From the NCBI GenBank assembly GCA_964653695.1, contig CAZZFQ010000003.1, positions 1-53,032 on the forward strand: 53,032 nucleotides of DNA. The letters run 5' to 3'. The stretch's first letter is position 1; each line of letters begins with the position of its first letter. The translations under genes were made by a program, and so were the position numbers. Under the pieces are notes generated by a model. That model was given only the letters and a program-made list of their open reading frames with translations. It was not told the DNA's origin and did no database searches. This DNA is from an uncultured Candidatus Bathyarchaeia archaeon. GTDB taxonomy: Archaea > Thermoproteota > Bathyarchaeia > 40CM-2-53-6 > JALHTG01. Positions 1 through 7,945 of the stretch are shown here, in pieces.

Positions 1-82
1 AACCCAGCTTCTCCACCAGATCCGCTGTCCGGAACGGCTTCAACTTGAATTTCCTGACCGCTTCGATGAAAGGTCGCATCAT
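1..82 (-). CDS. 5' end of an unknown minus-strand ORF running off the window start
   Basis: Reverse strand reads ATG ATG CGA... = MMRPFIEAVRKFKLKPFRTADLVEKLG, open to position 1. A plus-strand frame is also open here, so coding status is uncertain. Confidence 0.2.
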   Translation of the reverse strand, partial: MMRPFIEAVRKFKLKPFRTADLVEKLG

Positions 83-86
83 GGCC

Positions 87-105
87 GTCACATGATAGAT
101 GTGAC
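87..105. repeat. Perfect inverted repeat GTCACAT-gatag-ATGTGAC; candidate left-end hairpin of the IS
   Basis: Read directly: 7-bp arms and a 5-nt loop, 28 nt upstream of the tnpB ATG. IS200/IS605 ends are defined by subterminal hairpins rather than terminal inverted repeats. Confidence 0.3.
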
Positions 106-132
106 ATTACCGGCCTTATAAACCTATGAACA

Positions 133-1434
133 ATGGGTTCTGACAACTCTTCGGGCGATTGTTCTGTTCGCTCTCGGCGCTTCGTACATTCACTCACCTC
201 TCATGTTTTAAGCCGAGATCAACCAATCTCACTTGTGGACTTGACTGCGATTAAGGCTGTGGCCTTCCAGTACGAGCCCGACGAAGTTGTGAAGCCGCTT
301 CTTGAGACCTTTCGCATGATGGTCAACCACGCCCTATGGATAGGTTTGCGCGGAGGGATTCGCGGGCGCTTCAAGCTCATCAGGGCCGTGTACGAGGAGT
401 TCAAGCGGTATGGCCTGCATACCCACTACACGCTCAGCGCCTGCGAAGTGGCATCGGCCATATTGAAAAATCACAGGAGGAACCATCGGGCACCCACGGC
501 CAATAGAGTCTTCCTGAAACTTGACAATCAAACCTACCAGCTACGAGGCAGAACCCTCCGCATACCCAGGAAGCCGAGACAGTTCCTGACGTTGAAGCTC
601 AGGGTTGGCGGATACCAGCGTCGCTTCCTAGAGGACTCATCCTTAGCACATGGATCGATCACGTTGACAGAGAGCAAGGTGATTGTGGCCTTCAGGAACC
701 AGCAACCAGCAGCGAGACGGTACGATTCTGTTGTGGCCTACGATACGAACGAGCTCAGCCTAGACGGCGCATTCTCGAATGGAATCGAAATCAAACCAAT
801 CCATATCGACCTGAGGCAGATCGCGAGAATACGGTCATTCCACTTCGACAGGCGTAGACTCCTGCAAAGCCGCCTAGCCCACTGCCGAAGAAAGTTGAGG
901 ACGAAGCTAGCCAGCGACCGGGAGCGCGAACGCAGACGTGTCGATGCGGTTCTGCATCAGGTAGCAAAGAAACAGGTTCACTTGGCGAAAGAAAAGAACG
1001 GAAAGATTGTTCTGGAGGACTTGAAGGGGGTTAGGCGAAGCGCAAACAGGCGCAGGAGGAAGAGAAACCCGTACAACGGCAGATTTCAGCCAGTCTCAGT
1101 TCACTCAAAATCGCTGAAGCGACGGCTAAACAGTTGGCCTTTCCGCCGTCTGCACCGATTCATAGAATACAAAGCCAAATGGGAAGCCATACCGCTCTGC
1201 TATGTCCCTGCGAAGGATACGAGTCGAACCTGCCCGATATGTGGGTGCCTCCAAAATGGGCATCAAGGAGAGCAGGACCCGAAGACGCGGCAGGTATTCC
1301 AATGCCCCAGATGCGGCTGGAACTGCGATAGACATCTGAACGCCGCACTGAATCTGCTGAAGACACAGGATGAAGGGAGATGGTTCTCCCCAGATCGCCT
1401 CCCCGATGAGGTCATGACCATGAAGCGAGCTTAA
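133..1434 (+). CDS. tnpB: TnpB (IS605 OrfB) RNA-guided endonuclease-like transposon protein
   Basis: 433 aa. RuvC-I 'VVAYDTNE', RuvC-II 'IVLEDLKG', zinc finger 'CPICG...CPRCG', RuvC-III 'CDRHLNAALNL'. Confidence 0.9.
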   Translation: MGSDNSSGDCSVRSRRFVHSLTSHVLSRDQPISLVDLTAIKAVAFQYEPDEVVKPLLETFRMMVNHALWIGLRGGIRGRFKLIRAVYEEFKRYGLHTHYTLSACEVASAILKNHRRNHRAPTANRVFLKLDNQTYQLRGRTLRIPRKPRQFLTLKLRVGGYQRRFLEDSSLAHGSITLTESKVIVAFRNQQPAARRYDSVVAYDTNELSLDGAFSNGIEIKPIHIDLRQIARIRSFHFDRRRLLQSRLAHCRRKLRTKLASDRERERRRVDAVLHQVAKKQVHLAKEKNGKIVLEDLKGVRRSANRRRRKRNPYNGRFQPVSVHSKSLKRRLNSWPFRRLHRFIEYKAKWEAIPLCYVPAKDTSRTCPICGCLQNGHQGEQDPKTRQVFQCPRCGWNCDRHLNAALNLLKTQDEGRWFSPDRLPDEVMTMKRA

Positions 1435-1553
1435 GGGAAGGAAGATAACTCATCACCCGAAGAGTTATCAGAACCGTCGCGAGTCTTCGTTGGCAAGTAG
1501 AAGTCGGACTGGCTTCTTTTTCGAGCCGACTCCTGAAAGACTGAGTTCGATAG
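1300..1553 (+). ncRNA. Candidate omega-RNA (reRNA) scaffold overlapping the tnpB 3' end and right end; extent not determined
   Basis: By analogy with characterised TnpB systems. Perfect 8-bp hairpin GATAACTC/GAGTTATC (1444-1469) and 6-bp AGTCGG/CCGACT (1502-1531) lie just after the stop. Confidence 0.25.
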
Positions 1554-1790
1554 TGGTCCGCGTATGATCTTTCCGAGAAGATATCTTGGATATGGAAAGC
1601 CGTTCTTCGCCGGGCTGAGATGCTAGATCCGACCCGCATAAAGGTCAGCCACGTCGGCTCAGGATCCTGTTCGTGCATACAAGCTGCTGACTTCGTAGCC
1701 GGACCGGCTCGTCGCAAGTAGGAATGGGAAAATAGTAGATACTACGACATAGTTGCGCATAAGGTGAGATACTTCATAATGCCTTGGTAG
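1554..1790 (+). pseudogene. DUF3800-like C-terminal fragment interrupted by an in-frame TAG at 1719
   Basis: My translation is ...RIKVSHVGSGSCSCIQAADFVAGPARRK*EWENSRYYDIVAHKVRYF. The '(I/L)QAADFVAG' and 'YY..I' pattern matches my recollection of DUF3800 C-termini. No N-terminal part is present. Confidence 0.35.
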
Positions 1791-1917
1791 GACGGCAACC
1801 CCTGTCCTACTCGCTCCATGCCCAAATCCATGGGCCTAGATAAAGAGCAGAACACCATCGAGTGTTAGGTGAGTCGACCAACCCAGGAAAGCTCCAGCCA
1901 TACCCATCTGGCTCTCC

Positions 1918-2112
1918 TCAACTGAAGTGGCAGAGCCTATATGTGCAGTTTGTCTTCGTGAGTCCTCTACTCTTCAATCGGTCTAGTTTCCGCTTCAGTT
2001 CGTTGAAGAAGAGTGGAAGGCTTCGCACAGAGGAAAGGCAGAAGGAAATTGCGCTGCGGGTTTCATCCTGACGCGTTGAGGCATCTGTTTGAGGCGGAGT
2101 GCGCTCACGCAT
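1918..2112 (-). pseudogene. Remnant of a minimal nucleotidyltransferase gene (C-terminal end only)
   Basis: Ends '...PLFFNELKRKLDRLKSRGLTKTNCTYRL', matching the C-terminus of the intact NTase at 3773-4207 ('PPFLSELKRKLDRLKSRGLTKTNCTYRL'). No GS/DxD catalytic part lies upstream. Confidence 0.4.
1934..2002. repeat. 69-nt repeat, copy A (68/69 identical to 3798-3866)
   Basis: Direct comparison of agcctata[t/c]gtgcagtttgtcttcgtgagtcctctactcttcaatcggtctagtttccgcttcagttcg. Flanks diverge on both sides. Confidence 0.9.
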
Positions 2113-2346
2113 GAATCAATGCCATCATAAGCTAGCTTTAGATGGGACACGATGAAGGCGTGGGATATGTCTACAACCATCAATATAGTTGCATCCGGAA
2201 GACTTTGTGGAAGCGTGTAGAAAGGCGAAACATGCCTGAGAATAACGACACCTGAAAACTGGGCCGATCAGCAGCGAAAGATGAAGGACCTAGAACGGAG
2301 GCTCTTACGCTTGGAAGCTGCCTACTGACAATAGGAGTCAATAAGC

Positions 2347-2730
2347 TTACGTGCTTCTCAGGTTCCACGAACCCTTACATGTCATTCTGTCACTCGTAGA
2401 GGTGTGAAGCAGCGGATGTCTTACGAGTTTGACTCTTTTTCGGTAGAAGTCTGCCTTCTCGGGCGGTTGCACATGAACTTGGAATGGCTCTCTTATTCCC
2501 GCCTTCCAGAGTTCAAGCTGCATCCTAGCTGGTTCGAAGTTGGTAACTACTAGAACGTCTATGTCGCTTGAATAGTTGTGTCTGTTCTCCGCTACAGAAC
2601 CGAATAGATATGTTTCAGCGTTGGGATCTAGTTTGAGGGCCGTCTCTCTGATGGTTTGGAGATGTTTTGCAAGGTTTTTGAAGACTTCACGCCTTCTTAT
2701 AGCGGCCTTCACTATGATCTCATGTGACAT
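2347..2730 (-). CDS. Minimal nucleotidyltransferase (MNT, NTP_transf_2-like), partner of the upstream HEPN gene
   Basis: 'LFGSVAENRHNYSSDIDVLVV' is the G-S...D-x-D polymerase-beta-type NTase motif. It overlaps the HEPN gene by 11 nt. Confidence 0.8.
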   Translation of the reverse strand: MSHEIIVKAAIRRREVFKNLAKHLQTIRETALKLDPNAETYLFGSVAENRHNYSSDIDVLVVTNFEPARMQLELWKAGIREPFQVHVQPPEKADFYRKRVKLVRHPLLHTSTSDRMTCKGSWNLRST

Positions 2731-3139
2731 TTTCCATCACTTCCTTGACAACCTTCATTAGTCTTTCAGCCTCGTCTCTCTTGATCTCTCTTGGCAGGTA
2801 CCTAGAAGTTATGTAAGCATCTTCCAACATTCCTAGTTCGAGGAGATAACTGTTCAGCATGCTCTTCATAGATGCCTTCTTCTCTTCTGGTGCGAGATCT
2901 GAGAGTATCTCCAAGAGGGTTCTGACACTGTGAGTTCTCGGAAAGTCGGCGCCGGCTGTTAGCATTTTCGATTTGAGGAACAGCTGTAGAGCTTGTTCGA
3001 GGCTGAATGCGGCGAGGCCGTAAAGACCTCTGGCTATCTGGTATTCAGCAGTTTCCAGGAACTGCTTTGACCTTCCGAGCAGGTGCTCTTCTTCTTCTTT
3101 TCGAGTCACAACCAGCCCCTTTCCGTTTTCATTTGTCAT
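2720..3139 (-). CDS. HEPN domain protein
   Basis: 139 aa and helical. Has 'AFSLEQALQLFLKS' and '...YITSRYLPRE' (R-Y-P type HEPN signature). Coupled to the downstream NTase. Confidence 0.75.
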   Translation of the reverse strand: MTNENGKGLVVTRKEEEEHLLGRSKQFLETAEYQIARGLYGLAAFSLEQALQLFLKSKMLTAGADFPRTHSVRTLLEILSDLAPEEKKASMKSMLNSYLLELGMLEDAYITSRYLPREIKRDEAERLMKVVKEVMENVT

Positions 3140-3368
3140 GAACCTTTACGGCATGAAGGCCACTCGTTTTGAGCGCTTCCTAAAGGTTTTGTGGTAATGT
3201 TCGAGGCTCTGTTGACTTAAGCCGTTTATTGTAGCTCGTTGATAGTGTTTTCTCTATGCTTGCACCGCTACGAATCGACGAGGGTTCTTCTCATATCATG
3301 CTGAGAAGCCTATTCTGCAACGCTTGAGAAGGAGAGAGTATCCCTAGAACGACCTAGCAAGGGGTTTC

Positions 3369-3395
3369 GCAACTCTCTTAAGCTAAGAGAGTCGC
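3369..3395. repeat. Intergenic hairpin (9-bp perfect stem ACTCTCTTA/TAAGAGAGT, 3-nt loop, extendable to 12 bp with one mismatch)
   Basis: Read directly. It lies between the two HEPN/NTase operons. Function unknown. Confidence 0.5.
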
Positions 3396-3772
3396 AAAGC
3401 CATGACAGAAGTTCAATGGAAGCCTGGAAGACACGAAAATGGAATTCTAAGGCTTATCTTGACAACACCGTAAACCTCATCCAAATCTATGAGCACAACG
3501 ATAGTTGCTCTAGTGTCAGGGTCCCATAGTTTGCGGCTACATGAGGCTTTGATTGCAATAAGCTTTGAAGCCTTCTAGGTCGTTGAATCTTGAGCACTTT
3601 GCCTTCGGCTCGGAAATGTCGGTAGATTCTGTGAGACTGTTAGGCTTTGTCTGCGTGGCAGCTTGGCGCCCTATGGATCGAAAGATGACTTTCCAACAAG
3701 TCGCAGTGAAACGCTTCAGCTCGACCTTGTACCTGAACAGCGCATTACCTCGGTATCCTGCTAGCTACAAAT

Positions 3773-4207
3773 CTAAAAGTAGCCTTGTCTATCCTTCAGC
3801 CTATACGTGCAGTTTGTCTTCGTGAGTCCTCTACTCTTCAATCGGTCTAGTTTCCGCTTCAGTTCGCTGAGGAAAGGCGGATTGCTGGCGATCGGAACGC
3901 CTTCTTCCACCGCCTCGATGGCTTTGATATCAAGTCGGTCGAGCATGTAAGTGAATTCTTGCGGTGTATAGCCAATCACCTCAAAGTTGAAACCGCTATC
4001 GAGAGGCGGGGCCAGCTCTTCCAAGCGTTCTAGGAAGGATTTCTTGAAATCCGCTATCACGATCAAATCTACGTCACTCCACGGCATGTCCTCTCCAACC
4101 GCCGTTGACCCACACAGTATGATGGTGGGCTGATCGTACAGGCGCGCAAGTCGATTGCAGTAGCCATGCAGTTCGTTTTGAAGGTCGGGAGATTGGAGCT
4201 TTGTCAT
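3773..4207 (-). CDS. Minimal nucleotidyltransferase (MNT)
   Basis: 'LCGSTAVGEDMPWSDVDLIVI' (GS...DxD). 4-nt ATGA overlap with the upstream HEPN gene. Confidence 0.8.
   Translation of the reverse strand: MTKLQSPDLQNELHGYCNRLARLYDQPTIILCGSTAVGEDMPWSDVDLIVIADFKKSFLERLEELAPPLDSGFNFEVIGYTPQEFTYMLDRLDIKAIEAVEEGVPIASNPPFLSELKRKLDRLKSRGLTKTNCTYRLKDRQGYF
3798..3866. repeat. 69-nt repeat, copy B (inside the 3' end of NTase 3773-4207)
   Basis: 68/69 identical to 1934-2002. Confidence 0.9.
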
Positions 4208-4602
4208 TGAAGCTGCCTCTCGACGTACTGGATGATCTTGGCTGCGTGATCCAATGTTCTACGGCTAACAATCTCATCATAGCTCTCGTGTGGGGTCCCA
4301 GATGGAATAGCGTTCGGGTATCTGGCAGGAACATAATGTCGGTCAAGCTCCGAGGCTAGCAGAAGCAGCTCTCCCAGATTCTCATGCTTCGCTTCCGCAT
4401 ATCGCGCGAGGAGCTCATGTACGGATTGACCAAAAGGTGACTCTCCAATCACATAGAGAAGCGCCTTCGCAGCCTTCTCGCCTGCTTGTTGGCAGATGAA
4501 GGCACAGGAGTTGTACCTTCGTGACTTGTGAAGTATTTGGGCAGTTTCGAGGTCCCATTGTGCCTCCGAAAGCCAACGCCTCGCTTCTTCACCCCTCCGC
4601 AA
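4204..4602 (-). CDS. HEPN domain protein
   Basis: 132 aa with a TTG start. Has 'FICQQAGEKAAKALL' and 'DRHYVPARYPN' (HEPN R-Y-P signature). Confidence 0.75.
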   Translation of the reverse strand: MRRGEEARRWLSEAQWDLETAQILHKSRRYNSCAFICQQAGEKAAKALLYVIGESPFGQSVHELLARYAEAKHENLGELLLLASELDRHYVPARYPNAIPSGTPHESYDEIVSRRTLDHAAKIIQYVERQLQ

Positions 4603-5047
4603 CCTTCAGAACCTCCCAGACTCCGCATTCCCTAAAGCATAGGAAGACTGAGCAAAATAAACTCGCTTGTATCAAAGAGGCCATCGGGCGCCATCACGGC
4701 TCCGAAGCCCACCAACCCTTCGAGTTCAATTTCGAGTAGTGTTTAACACTGCCAATTGGGCCCCATAGCTCATAATTCGGGTATCGCGCTCTTTCTTAGG
4801 TTCAGTTCTCCTCAAAGCCAGTTCCTGAACGTGCCGTCAGACCCAGAAGGTAGGTTCTGAGGAAGAGTCTGTAGGCGCTACGGCAGATGTCACAGACTTA
4901 TTATCCTTCTTAGCACAGATCTCGCAGGAGATATTGGATTTGAATCCGACCGCGTCGCATATCCCCTTCAACAAAAGAAGGGGCATAAGATAAACCGTGA
5001 TCTAGTTGTTGATCGATCAGTAGTGCGATGGCGAAAGTGACTTTCGG

Positions 5048-6928
5048 ATGCTGATCGGCTTGGGATCATTGGTCTCGAATGGAATGTTCAGGGGATTGTC
5101 GAAACTCTGCAGGAGATTTCTTGTTTCGCTTTTCCTTGCAGTTCTGATAGTCGCGGCCTTGGGGCGGCTCCTCTCCATTGAATACCCTTCAAGCCGGTAC
5201 GACGCAGAACCCGATGATGCCAATGAGCTTGTCGGAATCGCTCAAGATATAACCATCAAGGTCAGCCTTTCAGCTACGCCACAGCTGCCTCTTCCCCACA
5301 TTGCCATTCTGCTTCCTCCAAACGGTAAAATTACTGACGTACAGTTCTCGGCAACCGCTTGGAGCGTCTATGGATACACGCTTGTCGAATCGTTTTTCAG
5401 GTGCTACAAACTGGCTTTCTTTCGCTTCTCGAAACTGGCCGATTATGTTTATGGACCTCATGATGTTACCTTCGTCGTTTCCCCTGTTGAACCGATGATG
5501 CGGCATGTGGAGTGGGATGAGGTTGCCAGCCCACTAATGTCGTATCTAAAATCTAAGGACTACTGGTTCAACAATGCTTTCTGCCGTTTTATCTCTTCAG
5601 GTAAGATGGGTGAATGGAAAGCCTACCCAACTTTTAGCGTCGAAAGGCGCTCAGCCTTCACCCTTCCGATCTACGTGCCAAAGATCAAGTATCTTGCAAT
5701 CGTTCCCGAAGCTTGGGCATCAGTCGTTCAACCTCTACTGTCATGGAAAAGGGAGAAAGGCCTTCCAGCAACGTACTACACCCTAGAATGGATCGACTCC
5801 TCCTACGCAGGATCAAATTTAGAGGGAAGAATAGGGGAGTTCCTAAAGGACGCCTTCAATGCCTGGCAGATAGACTATGTTCTGCTTGCTGGAGGGGCCA
5901 GCAAAATTCCGCCGGGCAACTACGAGTGCTTAGACGGGGACGAGGATGCGTTCCCAGATCTGGCCGTTGGTCGGCTACCCGCTGACAGCGTTGAGGATTT
6001 GGCGATCATGGTAAACAAAATTGTGAAGTATGAGCAGCAAACAATCGTGAGCGCCGAATGCAACAATCTCCTTGGAATCCTTGGCGAAAACGAACCCAGA
6101 CTCACACTCCCCTCAAGCCTTCATCCAACTTGGCTTGTATGCGGTCGAAACTTGACTTCTCCAAGCCAGATCAATAATTGCATTCAAGCTGGTGTAGGAC
6201 TAGTGTTTGAGAACACGCATGGGAATCCAAGCACGTGGTCACTAGGTTCGGAGCTTGAAAACTACCGTTCTGATCACGCGCTATTGTTACGCAACACTCT
6301 ACTACCAGCCATACTGGCTGGTGGATGTAACACGTCCGATTACCGATGGCCAAATTGCATAGGGACAGCCTTCCTCAAGAATCCTAGCGGAGGCGGGATA
6401 GCATACTTGGGATGGTTTGGATTAGGCGGCTTTGCTCCCTCTGGACTTGGCTGCAATTCTCTATCAACGCTCTTCAACATATCGAACTGGAAGCCTGCAC
6501 TATCGATAGTGCAAGGCTGCGTTTTCACCTACCCCCATAATTTCTATGGTTCCCTCTTTCTCCATGGCGAAGAGAGGCAGACAAAAGAGATTCTACTAGG
6601 TGATCCAGAAATGTCAGTGTGGACCACATCACCCAAAGATTTGACATTATCCATGAAAGATGGAACTGTTCCAAGCGGCAGCTTCATCACTGTCCGGGTC
6701 ACAGATAAGAACACGCAGCTCCCCACGATAGGAATAACCGCCAGAGTTCTTGGAGGAGACTTCCTTGAGATGACGAGTGATGACCAAGGTCAAATAGCCT
6801 TCAAGGCTCCGACGACCCCGGGCGAGTTCACGTATAACTTGTACGCGTTGTATAGAAACAAACCGAATCATTTCACCATCACCATCAAGGTTCTCAGCGC
6901 AACCACTGGCTTTGATCTCGTTAAGTAG
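5048..6928 (+). CDS. Secreted or membrane-anchored peptidase C25 (gingipain-like) family cysteine protease
   Basis: N-terminal hydrophobic segment 'FLVSLFLAVLIVAAL'. Also 'YVLLAGGASKIPPG', candidate catalytic His in 'FENTHGNPSTWSLG' and Cys in 'LPAILAGGCNTSDY'. The order and spacing resemble the gingipain His/Cys dyad. Confidence 0.6.
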   Translation: MLIGLGSLVSNGMFRGLSKLCRRFLVSLFLAVLIVAALGRLLSIEYPSSRYDAEPDDANELVGIAQDITIKVSLSATPQLPLPHIAILLPPNGKITDVQFSATAWSVYGYTLVESFFRCYKLAFFRFSKLADYVYGPHDVTFVVSPVEPMMRHVEWDEVASPLMSYLKSKDYWFNNAFCRFISSGKMGEWKAYPTFSVERRSAFTLPIYVPKIKYLAIVPEAWASVVQPLLSWKREKGLPATYYTLEWIDSSYAGSNLEGRIGEFLKDAFNAWQIDYVLLAGGASKIPPGNYECLDGDEDAFPDLAVGRLPADSVEDLAIMVNKIVKYEQQTIVSAECNNLLGILGENEPRLTLPSSLHPTWLVCGRNLTSPSQINNCIQAGVGLVFENTHGNPSTWSLGSELENYRSDHALLLRNTLLPAILAGGCNTSDYRWPNCIGTAFLKNPSGGGIAYLGWFGLGGFAPSGLGCNSLSTLFNISNWKPALSIVQGCVFTYPHNFYGSLFLHGEERQTKEILLGDPEMSVWTTSPKDLTLSMKDGTVPSGSFITVRVTDKNTQLPTIGITARVLGGDFLEMTSDDQGQIAFKAPTTPGEFTYNLYALYRNKPNHFTITIKVLSATTGFDLVK

Positions 6929-7271
6929 AAGCGGCGATATCTCTGTTACGCGCCCTCAGCAAAGGTAGTATTGAGCCACTCCTCCCTCTAGAGAGTGCCA
7001 TGAGCACCGGTCGAGAATGTGAAACATCTCGTGGGGCAAGACTCACAAGCGGCATAGTTCGCAACTTGAGTCAATGGCACAGCTCGTCTCACAGCAGTCA
7101 ACTTCTCCGGTCCACACTGCTAGTGGAGAAGCAAAAATCACCAGAACCTTTCCAGCATCCACAAATCGATATTTGAGAAGCCGGCCGTAGCAACCAATGA
7201 CTGAGCGACCATGAAGAGCCCAGTTATGAGTGCCGATGTCTGATTCTCTGAGCTTTCAGCTGAAGAGGACG

Positions 7272-7676
7272 CTAGATCAGCATAAGGGAGTCGGTTTTCT
7301 TAAGCCTTCCCGTTACTGTGTCCGGCATCAGGTTAAGAAGCTCTAATGTCGTCAAGCCAACTATCGCCAACTCACTCAACTGTTTTGACCTCAACATTTT
7401 CTTGACCTCGTCCGGTATCTTTAGGACAAGTAAATGCGCATAGGGTAGTTCTTCCTCTTCTACTATCAGTCTGTTGATGACCGCCAACTCCCCCTCCATC
7501 TTATGTCCAGAGGCGGTTGTAAGCGCGAGTGTTCGTTTGACGTAGGTTACACCAATCTTGTCAGCCACATCCTTGTCAACTATGGTCACTGATGCTCCAG
7601 TGTCGACAAGCGCAGTGTCCTCCATACGCTCCGTCGAACCCTGGAGCTTCAGTCTCGCCCTGACAATAGTCAACAA
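7272..7676 (-). CDS. Single-domain retropepsin-like (clan AA) aspartic protease
   Basis: 134 aa with 'ALVDTGASVTIV', the canonical D-T-G-A active-site motif. Confidence 0.7.
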   Translation of the reverse strand: MLTIVRARLKLQGSTERMEDTALVDTGASVTIVDKDVADKIGVTYVKRTLALTTASGHKMEGELAVINRLIVEEEELPYAHLLVLKIPDEVKKMLRSKQLSELAIVGLTTLELLNLMPDTVTGRLKKTDSLMLI

Positions 7677-7906
7677 TAACCCATCCTAAGCTCTCTGTCT
7701 TGAACGTTGCTCCAATTAAGATATTGTGATCTCAGCTGTTCTCTGAGATACAGTGGGGAGCTCTTGGCTATGAAGAGGTTTGCGAGCGTACTGATTAGGC
7801 GATCTCTCTGGCGTAGCCAATCAACCTCCGAGCACACCTTATGATTGAACATGATCATTGGATTTGTGCAGCAGACGCCACCTGCAACCTTTAGCACGCT
7901 TTCCAA
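7670..7906 (-). CDS. Hypothetical small protein, possibly co-translated with the protease
   Basis: 78-aa ORF overlapping the downstream protease start by 7 nt. No recognisable motif. Confidence 0.3.
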   Translation of the reverse strand: MESVLKVAGGVCCTNPMIMFNHKVCSEVDWLRQRDRLISTLANLFIAKSSPLYLREQLRSQYLNWSNVQDRELRMGYC

Positions 7907-7945
7907 TGAATGAATGAGAATCTTGACCCAGATAAGCTTCTTTCG

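Larger units (their letters stand above)
85..1553 (+). mobile_element. IS200/IS605-family element carrying only tnpB (IS1341-like); boundaries approximate
   Basis: A TnpB ORF is preceded by a perfect subterminal hairpin (87-105) and followed by hairpins at 1444-1469 and 1502-1531. A DUF3800-like reading frame resumes at about 1554. No tnpA is seen. Confidence 0.5.

Noticed and set aside
1412-1717. 101-aa minus-strand ORF downstream of tnpB.
   Set aside because: It is antisense to the IS right-end and omega-RNA region and to the DUF3800-like remnant. It has no motif, and the plus-strand interpretation explains the region better.
4758-4800. tRNA-like 5' half 'GGGCCCCATAGCTCATAATTCGGGTATCGCGC', and a 'GGATTTGAATCC' hairpin ~180 nt downstream (about 4935-4946). 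Considered as a split or long-intron tRNA, or as an att remnant.
   Set aside because: No complementary 3' acceptor strand (GGGGCCC), no D-stem partner (GAGC) and no proper T-arm could be assembled. The resemblance is limited to a few bases.
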